Source: Anaerolineae bacterium (GTDB lineage: Bacteria > Chloroflexota > Anaerolineae > Anaerolineales > Villigracilaceae). From it: a stretch of DNA of 64,000 bases. The stretch spans positions 6,602-70,601 of the forward strand of contig JBGPQK010000008.1 in assembly GCA_041489005.1 (NCBI GenBank), read 5' to 3'. The translations under genes and the position numbers were made by a program. The notes under the pieces were generated by a model that made no database searches, was not told the origin of the DNA, and was given only the letters and a program-made list of their open reading frames with translations. Each line of letters begins with the position of its first letter. Position 1 is the stretch's first letter. Of this stretch, positions 1-8,928 are shown in pieces.

Positions 1-336
1 CTCATACTGACAGCAGAAGAAATCGTGGATGAAGCAGTCATCCGGTCCGATCCAAACCGGACGATCATCCCCGGCTTCATCGTCAGCGCGGTGTGCCAGG
101 TTCCTGGCGCGGCGCACCCATCTTATGCCCAGGGCTACTATGACCGCGATAATGATTTCTATCTTAAGTGGGACAAGATAAGCGAGAACGCCGAAACGGT
201 CAAGGCATATCTGGATGAATGGGTGTATGGTGTGAAAGACCGTCTTGAATACTGGCAGAAACTCGGCGTGGAAACGCGTAAACGTTTGAAGGTCAAGGCA
301 CACTATAGTGAGAAGATCAATTACGGAAAATATTAG
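1..336 (+). CDS. CoA-transferase alpha subunit, C-terminal fragment (gene enters from the left edge)
   Basis: Frame is open from base 1. The tail PGAAHPSYAQGYYDRDNDFYLKWDKIS is the conserved C-terminus of family-I (glutaconate/3-oxoacid type) CoA-transferase A subunits. The cognate B subunit is at 1186-1956. Confidence 0.75.
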   Translation, partial: LILTAEEIVDEAVIRSDPNRTIIPGFIVSAVCQVPGAAHPSYAQGYYDRDNDFYLKWDKISENAETVKAYLDEWVYGVKDRLEYWQKLGVETRKRLKVKAHYSEKINYGKY

Positions 337-349
337 TGGACAGGGTTAA

Positions 350-1189
350 ATGAGCATACCTTACATTACCCTTGGTGAGTCCGGCTTGCCGCTGGTCTTC
401 CTCCACGCTAATGGCTATCCGCCTGAATGCTACCGTCCCCTGATCACCAGACTTTCCGAACAATACCATGTTTTTTCAATGCGTCAGCGCCCCCTTTGGC
501 CGGATTCCAGGCCGGATGAAATAATGGATTGGAATCCATTGACAGATGACTTCCTGCGCTTTCTAGACGAGCAACAAACCGGAGCCTCGATCGCCATAGG
601 CCACTCGGTCGGAGGGATCGTCGCTCTGCGGGCTGCGTTGCGCCAGCCGGAACTCTTCCGGGCGCTGGTTTTGATTGACCCGGTGCTTTTTCCGCCATTC
701 ATTATCCGCTCCTGGAAGGTTATCTGCGCCCTGGGATTGGGCTACCAAATGCACCCCCTCGTCCGGGCAACCAGGGACCGTCGTCGCCAGTTTGATGATC
801 TGGACAGGCTGTTCGAAGGTTACCGGCGCAAACCGGTTTTCCGGTATATGGGTGACCCGGAGTTGCACGCCTACATTGAGGGGATTGCCTGCCCGGGGGA
901 ACATGGTTATCAGCTATGCTACAGTGCCGATTGGGAAATGCGCATTTACGTTACCAGCGTGGGGTCCGACATGGACATCTGGCGCGGTCTGCCAGGTCTG
1001 AATATTCCGCTCCTGATTATTCGCGGAGCAGAAACGGATACTTTCTGGGCCTCCACCGCTCGCCGCGTACTCCACAAAGTCCCCGCGGCTCACGTCGTGA
1101 CCGTGTCCCAAGCCACCCACCTCGTCCCGCTTGAACGTCCAAACGAGGTTTACCGGGCTATACAGGAATTTTTGCAGGAGAATTTATGA
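350..1189 (+). CDS. alpha/beta-fold hydrolase
   Basis: 279-aa ORF with HANGYP near the N-terminus, a GHSVGG nucleophile elbow (GxSxG) and a C-terminal ATHLVPLE histidine region. Its stop overlaps the next start (ATGA). Confidence 0.8.
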   Translation: MSIPYITLGESGLPLVFLHANGYPPECYRPLITRLSEQYHVFSMRQRPLWPDSRPDEIMDWNPLTDDFLRFLDEQQTGASIAIGHSVGGIVALRAALRQPELFRALVLIDPVLFPPFIIRSWKVICALGLGYQMHPLVRATRDRRRQFDDLDRLFEGYRRKPVFRYMGDPELHAYIEGIACPGEHGYQLCYSADWEMRIYVTSVGSDMDIWRGLPGLNIPLLIIRGAETDTFWASTARRVLHKVPAAHVVTVSQATHLVPLERPNEVYRAIQEFLQENL

Positions 1190-1956
1190 CCAACCTGACC
1201 TCTTCAGAACTTATGATTGTCAATGCATCCCGGATGCTCAAAGACCGTGACGTAGTCTTCGTGGGTGTGGGACAGCCCAACCTGGCCTGCAACCTCGCCA
1301 AGCGGACGCATGCCCCGAACCTGGTTATGATCTATGAAGCGGGTGTGATCGGCGCCGAACCGGCCCGCTTGCCCCTCTCCATAGGCGATCCGACACTGGT
1401 CAGTGGGGCACTCTCGGTGGTCAGCATGTACGATATATTTACCAATTACCTGCAACGTGGCAACGTGGATGTTGGTTTCCTGGGCGGAGCTCAGATTGAC
1501 AAGTATGGGAACATCAATGCCACCATCATCGGTAGTGACTACACCCATCCAAAAGTACGTCTGCCCGGTTCCGGTGGCGCGCAGGAAATTGCCGCTTGGG
1601 CCAACCGTTGCTATATTATGACACCCCATCAGAAGCGTCGCTTTCCAGAAAAGGTGGACTTCATCACCTCCGCCGGCTATCTAAATGGGATAGGCGGGCG
1701 CGAGAAAGCCGGACTGCGCGGCAAGGGTCCCATTGGTGTGGTGACCGACATCGGGCTCATGGAACCTGACGAAACCGGTGAGTTGATACTGACAGCTCTG
1801 CACCCCGGCAAAACACCTGAAGAAGCTGTCAACAATACTGGCTGGCCATTGAAGGTGACCGCTCACCTCCGCTATACGGAGCCAGTCACGGAGAAAGAAC
1901 TCAGGATATTACGCGAGGAGTTGGATCCGGCCGGGATTTATCTAAAAGGTGGATAG
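1186..1956 (+). CDS. CoA-transferase beta subunit
   Basis: VGVGQPNLACNLAKRTHAPNL, GFLGGAQIDKYGNINAT and RLPGSGGAQEIA are typical of family-I CoA-transferase B subunits. Confidence 0.8.
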   Translation: MTNLTSSELMIVNASRMLKDRDVVFVGVGQPNLACNLAKRTHAPNLVMIYEAGVIGAEPARLPLSIGDPTLVSGALSVVSMYDIFTNYLQRGNVDVGFLGGAQIDKYGNINATIIGSDYTHPKVRLPGSGGAQEIAAWANRCYIMTPHQKRRFPEKVDFITSAGYLNGIGGREKAGLRGKGPIGVVTDIGLMEPDETGELILTALHPGKTPEEAVNNTGWPLKVTAHLRYTEPVTEKELRILREELDPAGIYLKGG

Positions 1957-1976
1957 AAGAAAGAGATTCTCAGAAC

Positions 1977-2007
1977 GGAGCGAGAAAACAACACTCGCTC
2001 CTTTTTC
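1977..2007 (+). terminator. intrinsic terminator after the CoA-transferase genes
   Basis: Stem GGAGCGAG / CTCGCTCC followed by TTTTT. Confidence 0.6.
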
Positions 2008-2085
2008 ATTAGTCCAGGTTGCTTTTACAACCCATCCTACTCATCGTCGTATGTAGAGATATTCACTTTATAAGGAGAGTACCCT

Positions 2086-2289
2086 ATGACTACAACTACT
2101 CAAAACCCATTCCGTCGGTCCAAGGATAATCGTGTTGTCGCCGGCGTCTGTGGTGGCCTGGAAGAATTCTTCGGCATCCGCGCATTCTGGTTCCGGTTGG
2201 CTTTCCTCATTGCCCTGATCCCCGGCGGCGTCCCCGGTCTTCTCACCTACATGCTTTTCTGGCTGATTGTCCCCAAAGCAAACGACTGA
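2086..2289 (+). CDS. PspC-domain small membrane protein
   Basis: RSKDNRVVAGVCGGLEEFFGI followed by two hydrophobic helices. GGAG lies upstream of the ATG. Confidence 0.75.
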   Translation: MTTTTQNPFRRSKDNRVVAGVCGGLEEFFGIRAFWFRLAFLIALIPGGVPGLLTYMLFWLIVPKAND

Positions 2290-2493
2290 CAGATAACGAT
2301 TGCCAAACAATAATTAGATCGCCCTTCCTCCCAGCCATATACAAAACAGGCACGGTTGATTATCGTCTTTTCTGGAAGACTCCGTAGAATTGGGTGAACA
2401 AGAGGGCCTTTTTCTTTATCCTCTTTATTTGAAACAACTAGAGGGGATACAAGAAATGATTAAATTCTTCTTTGCAGATATAATTCATTCATT

Positions 2494-3255
2494 ATGTCCA
2501 CGCTTGAAGTTGTCTTCTTCGACTTGGGTTCAACCCTCGTTTATTCAAAAGATCACTGGCCGCCCATTTACGAGCAGGCTGACCGGGCTCTGATCGAAGC
2601 GCTTTGCCGCCTCGGTATCGAGATTGACCCGGCCGCTTTCTACACCGAATTTGGTGGTTTCATCCGCTTCTATTATGACAAACTCACTGAAGACAATCTT
2701 GAGCCGACAACATTCAAAGTCCTGCGCGACGTGCTGTCCCGGAAAGGCTTCCGGAGTGTCCCGGAACCAGTTCTGCGTGCCGCGCTGGAGGCGATGTACG
2801 CCGTCACACAGCAGAACTGGTATCTCGAAGAGGATGCCATTTCGACCCTCGAAATACTCAAATCCCGCGGTTACCACCTGGGCCTAATCTCCAACACTTC
2901 GTACGACAATAACGTTCAAGGAATTATAGACCGCTGGGGGCTTCGTCCTTTTTTTGAGACCATCGTCACCTCCGCCGCGCTGGGCATCCGTAAACCGGAT
3001 GCGCACATCTTCCAGGTCGCGTTGGATCGTTTCCGGGTCCAGCCCGAAGCAGCGGTAATGATTGGCGATACGTTGAATGCCGACGTGCTGGGAGCCAATC
3101 GGTCCGGGATTTACAGCATTTGGATCACGCGCCATGTCCAATTCCCCGAAGAAGGGGAACTAGCGATCCAGCCGCAAGCGGTAGTCTCAGCACTCGCCCA
3201 AATTCCAGACCTGCTTGCCGATGTCGAAAACGATCACCTCAAAGGTTTTGCCTAA
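2494..3255 (+). CDS. HAD-superfamily hydrolase (subfamily IA-like)
   Basis: N-terminal FFDLGSTL, ISNTS, a KPD lysine and the GDTLNADVLGA motif IV. Confidence 0.8.
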   Translation: MSTLEVVFFDLGSTLVYSKDHWPPIYEQADRALIEALCRLGIEIDPAAFYTEFGGFIRFYYDKLTEDNLEPTTFKVLRDVLSRKGFRSVPEPVLRAALEAMYAVTQQNWYLEEDAISTLEILKSRGYHLGLISNTSYDNNVQGIIDRWGLRPFFETIVTSAALGIRKPDAHIFQVALDRFRVQPEAAVMIGDTLNADVLGANRSGIYSIWITRHVQFPEEGELAIQPQAVVSALAQIPDLLADVENDHLKGFA

Positions 3256-3325
3256 AGCGTGTTTCTTCATACTGAGGCTTTTGATTCATTCATAATTCAT
3301 TAATCCATCTCGAAAGGAAAATTTC

Positions 3326-4489
3326 ATGCCCAGCAAAGTTTACTTCGGTACCGCCCGCCAATCCCGCCTCGATGCAAAAGAGACTTTACCGGCAAAACTC
3401 GACCTGATCCTGGAAAACCTTCAAATCCGCCAGCGCGTCAAAGACGAGATGGTGGTCATCAAAATGCACACCGGCAATAACATCGGCTATTCGACCATCC
3501 ACCCGGTCTTCGTGCGGCGCGTCGTACAGGCAGTCAAGGACGGTGGCGGCAAACCCTTCATCGCAGATGTGAATTGGGACGTTGCCGGAGCAGAGACACG
3601 TGGCTATACTCAGGAGACCATCGGCTGCCCGATCTATCCCGCCGCCGGCCCTGACGAGAAATACTTTTACGAGTACGAGAAGCCTTATAAAAGTATCCAA
3701 AAATGGAAATTAGCCGGGATGATCCATGACGCCACGTTTCTCATTAACTTCTCCCACGTTAAAGGACACCCTTCTTGCGGTTTCGGCGCGGCCTTCAAAA
3801 ACCTGGCGCTGGGTTGCATGGCGGGGGAAACCCGAGGCGATATGCACCGTGCTACCCACTTCGATCAATACTGGTTCCCCGAAAAATGCACGGATGCCGA
3901 GACAATCCAAAAAATCGCTGCATCGTGTCCATTTGAAGCCATTGTCGAAGATAAAAAACAGCCCGGCCAGATGCACCTGCATATGGAACAGTGCAACCAG
4001 TGCGGACGATGTCTCAAAGTGGCTCCGCCCGGAAGCCTGAAGATTGACGCATCCAACTTCAACACCTTCCAGGAAGCCTGCGCCATCTCGACCAGCATAA
4101 CACTCTCTACCTTCGACCCAAAGAAGGTTACCCACCTCTCCTTAGCCACGCACATGACCCCGGTCTGCGACTGCTTCGGATTCACCTCCATGCCCATCCT
4201 GCCCGATGTTGGTATCTTCGGGTCCGATGATATCATTGCCATCGAACGCGCCGTGCTGGATGCCACCGCCGGGATGTGTCTTATCGAGGAGAACCTGCCG
4301 CTGGTGATGGAAGTCCACTCCCACGCAGGCCACCCCTTTCAGCAGTTACATGGTCCTCTAAAAGACCCGTACCTGGTAACCGAATACGGAGAAAAACTCG
4401 GTCTCGGAAGCCGCGACTATGAATTGGTGGATATCCTCCCGCTCGAAAAGGTCGAACGCTCCGCCCTGCAATATATATCGGCAAAATAA
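3326..4489 (+). CDS. DUF362-family protein with an inserted 4Fe-4S ferredoxin-type motif
   Basis: The N-terminus (KVYFG...VVIKMHTGN...KPFIADVN) is DUF362-like. It also carries the cysteine motif CNQCGRCLKVAP. Confidence 0.7.
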   Translation: MPSKVYFGTARQSRLDAKETLPAKLDLILENLQIRQRVKDEMVVIKMHTGNNIGYSTIHPVFVRRVVQAVKDGGGKPFIADVNWDVAGAETRGYTQETIGCPIYPAAGPDEKYFYEYEKPYKSIQKWKLAGMIHDATFLINFSHVKGHPSCGFGAAFKNLALGCMAGETRGDMHRATHFDQYWFPEKCTDAETIQKIAASCPFEAIVEDKKQPGQMHLHMEQCNQCGRCLKVAPPGSLKIDASNFNTFQEACAISTSITLSTFDPKKVTHLSLATHMTPVCDCFGFTSMPILPDVGIFGSDDIIAIERAVLDATAGMCLIEENLPLVMEVHSHAGHPFQQLHGPLKDPYLVTEYGEKLGLGSRDYELVDILPLEKVERSALQYISAK

Positions 4490-4502
4490 ATTGGAATGAC
4501 AG

Positions 4503-4534
4503 CCCCGTTTCTTCGAGACGGGGTTGTTTGGTTT
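4503..4534 (+). terminator. intrinsic terminator after the DUF362 gene
   Basis: 9-bp stem CCCCGTTTC / GAGACGGGG with a 3-nt loop, then TTGTTTGGTTT. It lies inside the first 17 codons of the long ORF 4496-5953, which argues for the later start. Confidence 0.65.
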
Positions 4535-4546
4535 ATAATCATCTCG

Positions 4547-5953
4547 ATGACCGATCTGTTTGACCACGCCATGCAGCAACGCATGAAGAACGAAGCCCCG
4601 CTGGCCGCCCGATTGCGCCCGCGCACCCTCGACGAGTACGTCGGTCAGGAACACATCGTCGGCCCGGGCAAACTTCTACGCCGCGCCATCGAAGCAGACC
4701 GACTTTTCTCGTCCATCATCCTGTGGGGTCCGCCCGGAACCGGAAAGACCACCCTGGCTCAGGTTATTGCCAACCGCACCCAATCGCATTTCGAGACGCT
4801 CTCCGCCGTCCTTGCAGGCAAGGCCGAACTCAAGGAAGTCATTGACGCCGCCCAGGAACGCCGCCGTCTGTATCAAAAAAAGACTACCCTCTTCGTGGAC
4901 GAGGTCCATCGCTGGAATAAGGCTCAACAAGATGCTCTTTTGCCGCATGTCGAGATTGGCACCGTGCTGCTCATCGGCGCCACCACCGAAAACCCATATT
5001 TTGAAGTGATCGGCGCGCTGGTTTCCCGCAGCCGTGTCTTCCAACTGCTCCCATTGACCGGTGAACAAACCGGTAGAATCCTCGACACGGCCCTCATCGA
5101 CCCGGATCGCGGTTATGGTAACCGCCGCATCGTTCTGGACCCCAAGGCCCGCTCTCACTTAATTGACGTTTCTGGTGGCGACGCGCGTAATGCGCTAAAC
5201 GCCCTCGAACTGTCGGTTGAATCCACACCCCCCGAAGCAGATGGCATTATCCACATCACCCTTGACGTCGCCCAGGAATCCATTCAGCGCCGCGCGGTGC
5301 TTTATGACAAGGATGGCGACGCCCATTACGATACGATCAGCGCCTTCATCAAATCCGTCCGTGGCTCAGACCCGGACGCCGCCCTTTACTGGCTGGCGAA
5401 AATGCTCTACGCCGGGGAAGACCCGCGCTTCATTCTGCGCCGTCTCATCATTCTTGCCGGGGAAGATATCGGTCTTGCCGACCCGATGGGTCTGGTGGTC
5501 GCAGCCTCTGCCATGCAAGCCTTCACCTTTATCGGCCTGCCAGAGGGCGTTTACCCCATCGTTGAAGCGACGCTTTACCTGGCGACTGCTCCCAAGTCCA
5601 ACACAGCCACATCTTATTTTAAAGCCTTCGAGCGCATTGAAAAGGAAGGGTTGGGTGACGTGCCAGTTCATTTGAAAGATAACAATCGGGACGCGGCCGC
5701 CCTGGGTCACGGCAAGGGATACGTCTATCCGCACATGTCCGAAGACCATTTCACTCCCCAGCAATATCTACCTAAAGAGCTGCTAGGAACATATTTCTAT
5801 AAACCTTCCAGTGTTGGTTATGAAGTCGCAGTCGCAGACCGGTTGTCACGCTGGCGCAAGGCCCAGCGCAAGGCTCTTGGTATCACCCGTCTCGAAGAAA
5901 TCCCTGATCTGACTCAGGAACAAATCGACGAGATGAAGCGGAAAATTAAATAG
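4547..5953 (+). CDS. rarA: replication-associated recombination protein A (AAA+ ATPase)
   Basis: MTDLFDH...RPRTLDEYVGQEHIVG, Walker A GPPGTGKTT, VDEVHRWNK and the C-terminal MgsA-type domain (GEDPRFILRRL). Start moved to the ATG at 4547, downstream of the terminator hairpin. Confidence 0.9.
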   Translation: MTDLFDHAMQQRMKNEAPLAARLRPRTLDEYVGQEHIVGPGKLLRRAIEADRLFSSIILWGPPGTGKTTLAQVIANRTQSHFETLSAVLAGKAELKEVIDAAQERRRLYQKKTTLFVDEVHRWNKAQQDALLPHVEIGTVLLIGATTENPYFEVIGALVSRSRVFQLLPLTGEQTGRILDTALIDPDRGYGNRRIVLDPKARSHLIDVSGGDARNALNALELSVESTPPEADGIIHITLDVAQESIQRRAVLYDKDGDAHYDTISAFIKSVRGSDPDAALYWLAKMLYAGEDPRFILRRLIILAGEDIGLADPMGLVVAASAMQAFTFIGLPEGVYPIVEATLYLATAPKSNTATSYFKAFERIEKEGLGDVPVHLKDNNRDAAALGHGKGYVYPHMSEDHFTPQQYLPKELLGTYFYKPSSVGYEVAVADRLSRWRKAQRKALGITRLEEIPDLTQEQIDEMKRKIK

Positions 5954-6125
5954 AAAAGTTTTAAAGAAAGAAAACCTCCCCCGCTTGTGGCTACGAGGAG
6001 GAGAGTATCGCTAAAAAGAGTTACTCTGGTAATCACCATGGTGATATGGATAATATGGGGGTATTGGGCGGAGTCTGCTTAATACCCCCATACCATTCTC
6101 TCTATCTCGGAAATTCGCAAAGACC

Positions 6126-6623
6126 TTGCAAAGAGAGGCAGAGGTCTGCTGGAGTATAATTCAAGCAATGGAACTTCGTCCCCATACTTCCTTCCGTCCC
6201 TACATCGCATCGACGATCGTCCTTTTTATCATTGGCTGGGGGTGCGCAGCGCTCGCCGTCTTTACGCTTACCCCTACCGTCTGGGCACGTTGGTTGCTCT
6301 TCTTCGGTGGCACACTCGGACTCACCAGCCTCGCCCTGCCCGCCACCTGGTTCCTGAACCTGCGTTTTCCCGCCAAGTCGCCCGTCGGGACCGTTGTAAT
6401 TGTCCGGCAAGCCGTCTGGCTCGGTGTGTACGGGGCCTTGCTGACCTGGCTCCAGCAGGAGCGCCTGGTATCCTTGTGGACCGGCCTCGGTCTGGCCGCA
6501 GGCCTGACTGCCATCGAATACCTCATGCGCATGAGAGAGAATGCCCGCTGGCAACCCACCCCGAATTTACCATCAAGTACCATCGTGCCGCCTTCATCGG
6601 ATAATGACCAGTCGAAAGAATGA
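6126..6623 (+). CDS. hypothetical polytopic membrane protein (start uncertain: TTG 6126 or ATG 6168)
   Basis: Four hydrophobic helices (IASTIVLFIIGWGCAALAVF, WLLFFGGTLGLTSLAL and others). The stop overlaps the selA start by 4 nt. No family recognised. Confidence 0.45.
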   Translation: MQREAEVCWSIIQAMELRPHTSFRPYIASTIVLFIIGWGCAALAVFTLTPTVWARWLLFFGGTLGLTSLALPATWFLNLRFPAKSPVGTVVIVRQAVWLGVYGALLTWLQQERLVSLWTGLGLAAGLTAIEYLMRMRENARWQPTPNLPSSTIVPPSSDNDQSKE

Positions 6624-7996
6624 ACCTGCGCGGACTTCCCTCTGTTGAACAATTACTCCAAACCCAATTGGCTGCTGAACTCATCGCGAGTTACGGCCGC
6701 CCGTTAACGTTAAAAGCCATCCGTAGCGCAATGGACGAGGCGCGGAAGGACGTTTCGAAGCTCAGCGAGGCCACCTTGCCCGACCGGGAAACCCTCCTCA
6801 TCCACACAGCATCCCGGTTGCACCTGTGGACAGCCCCGACGCTGCTGTCCGTCATCAATGCCAGTGGTGTCATCCTGCACACCAACCTGGGCCGCGCCCC
6901 GCTTTCAATCGCCGCCATCCAGTCCATGGATGCTGTCTCGCGCGGCTACTCAAATCTTGAATTCAACCTGGAAACCGGCAAACGCGGAAGCCGCCAGATC
7001 CACACCGAGGCATTGCTCCAGGAATTGACCGGTGCAGAGGCTGCGTTGGTGGTCAATAATAATGCTGCGGCCGTTCTGCTGGTTTTATCTTCCCTTGCGA
7101 ATAAGAAACGCGTGATCGTTTCCCGTTCGCAACTGGTCGAAATCGGCGGTGGGTTTCGCATCCCCGATGTGATGAGGCAGTCAGGAGCAAAACTGGTCGA
7201 AGTCGGCACAACCAACCGCGTTCACCTTTCAGATTACGAAGAAGCCCTGTCCGTACCAACCGCACTGGTAATGCACGCTCACCACTCAAACTTCAAAATG
7301 ATCGGCTTTACCATAGAGCCTGAACGAAAAGAAATCGCGGACCTCGCCCACAAATTCGGGGTTATATTCGCAGACGACCTCGGGTCTGGGACGCTGCTGG
7401 CGACTGAACTCTACGGGCTGGCTCACGAACCGACTGTTCAAGAATCGCTCGCAGCCGGTGCAGACCTGGTTTGTTTTTCCGGAGATAAGTTGCTCGGCGG
7501 CCCGCAGGCAGGCATCCTCATCGGTAAAGCCGACCTGCTGGCGAAAATCAAGAAGCACCCGTTGGCGCGTGCCCTGCGCGCCGATAAACTCTGCCTGGCC
7601 GCGTTGACGGCTACTCTGCTACACTATATCAAGGATGAGGCTGAGCGTGAAATCCCCATCTGGCGCATGATTTCAGCATCTCCAACGCAGGTGAAGGAAC
7701 GTGCGGAATACTGGGCTGCCAAACTTGGACAGGGCGAAGTGCTGGCAAGCGAATCCACCGTCGGCGGCGGAAGCTTGCCCGGCGAATCCCTGCCGACCTG
7801 GGTCCTTGCGCTTACCGTCAATAGTTCCGACAGGTTTATGGAAAAACTGCGCCAGGAACAACCACCGGTCATTGCCCGCACCGTAAATGACCGTATCCTG
7901 CTCGATCCACGCACAGTCCTGCCTGAGCAGGATGGAGTATTGCTGGTCAATCTGGCAAAAGTCCTTCAATCTCAAAAGCGCAAGCGTAATCCTTGA
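6620..7996 (+). CDS. selA: L-seryl-tRNA(Sec) selenium transferase
   Basis: N-terminal LPSVEQLLQ, VINASGVILHTNLGRAP, and FSGDKLLGGPQAGI carrying the PLP lysine. Confidence 0.88.
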   Translation: MNLRGLPSVEQLLQTQLAAELIASYGRPLTLKAIRSAMDEARKDVSKLSEATLPDRETLLIHTASRLHLWTAPTLLSVINASGVILHTNLGRAPLSIAAIQSMDAVSRGYSNLEFNLETGKRGSRQIHTEALLQELTGAEAALVVNNNAAAVLLVLSSLANKKRVIVSRSQLVEIGGGFRIPDVMRQSGAKLVEVGTTNRVHLSDYEEALSVPTALVMHAHHSNFKMIGFTIEPERKEIADLAHKFGVIFADDLGSGTLLATELYGLAHEPTVQESLAAGADLVCFSGDKLLGGPQAGILIGKADLLAKIKKHPLARALRADKLCLAALTATLLHYIKDEAEREIPIWRMISASPTQVKERAEYWAAKLGQGEVLASESTVGGGSLPGESLPTWVLALTVNSSDRFMEKLRQEQPPVIARTVNDRILLDPRTVLPEQDGVLLVNLAKVLQSQKRKRNP

Positions 7997-8026
7997 GAAA
8001 TCCTTTTCAGACTGGATAATTGGCCT

Positions 8027-8848
8027 ATGACTTTACATGCCGACCTTAAGCGCATCCTGAAAAATACAAGCCGGACTTTTTTTATACCAATTACCCGTCT
8101 GCCTGCTAGGCTCCAAGAAACGGTTGCATGTGCTTATCTGTGCATGCGGGCTATTGACGAGATCGAAGACCACCCTGATCTGGATGACACCACCAAAGCG
8201 GCATTGCTAAACGGACTAGGTCCAATTCTGCAAGCGCATTTAGGCGTGGGGAATGCACATACAGTTCTCGCTGAATTGGATTTCTTTTTCTCCCCATATC
8301 GTTCCATCCTTCCAGAAGTCACTTTGCGGATGGGTGACTGGCTTTCGAGTACGCCCAGCGCCATTGCCCCACGCGTCTGGGACGCTACGATAGCGATGGC
8401 TGAACGCATGGCCTATTGGGTAGAGAACCATTGGCAGATTCAAACTGAAGCCGACTTGGATGGGTACACATTCAGTGTAGCAGGGGCGGTGGGGTTGCTG
8501 ATTTGCGACATCTGGGGCTGGTTCGACGGGACAGCGATTGACCGGATTTGCGCGGTCCAATTCGGGCGCGGCCTTCAGGCGGTCAACATCCTTCGCAACC
8601 GCAAGGAAGATACAGACCGCGGTGTGAATTTCTTCCCGAGCGGCTGGACAGAAAAACATATGTTCAGGTATGCCCGGAAGAACATAGACCTCGCCAAAGC
8701 GGGTGTCATCTCCATGCCTAAAAGTTCCTTTAAATTTTTTGTAGAGATCCCCTTGCACCTTGCAGAGGCCACTCTGGTTGCAATCGAAAACGGGGTAGGG
8801 AAACTATCACGCGAGCAGGTTATGCAAATCGTGGGGCAAGCCTCTTAA
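8027..8848 (+). CDS. squalene/phytoene synthase family protein (head-to-head isoprenoid synthase)
   Basis: TSRTFFIPI, an Asp-rich AIDEIEDH motif and LQAVNILRNRKED. Confidence 0.75.
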   Translation: MTLHADLKRILKNTSRTFFIPITRLPARLQETVACAYLCMRAIDEIEDHPDLDDTTKAALLNGLGPILQAHLGVGNAHTVLAELDFFFSPYRSILPEVTLRMGDWLSSTPSAIAPRVWDATIAMAERMAYWVENHWQIQTEADLDGYTFSVAGAVGLLICDIWGWFDGTAIDRICAVQFGRGLQAVNILRNRKEDTDRGVNFFPSGWTEKHMFRYARKNIDLAKAGVISMPKSSFKFFVEIPLHLAEATLVAIENGVGKLSREQVMQIVGQAS

Positions 8849-8928
8849 ACACAAACATCGCAAAAGGGTGCAAGATGAGGGAAAGAATAGCAAATGACCA
8901 CAAAAACCATTGAGATTGAGATTATTTA

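Noticed and set aside
6102-6652. Two 150-aa minus-strand ORFs and a 120-aa plus-strand ORF overlapping the 6126-6623 membrane gene.
   Set aside because: Their P/G/R-rich translations are typical of off-frame reading in GC-rich DNA. Only the plus-strand frame gives regular TM helices and couples to selA.
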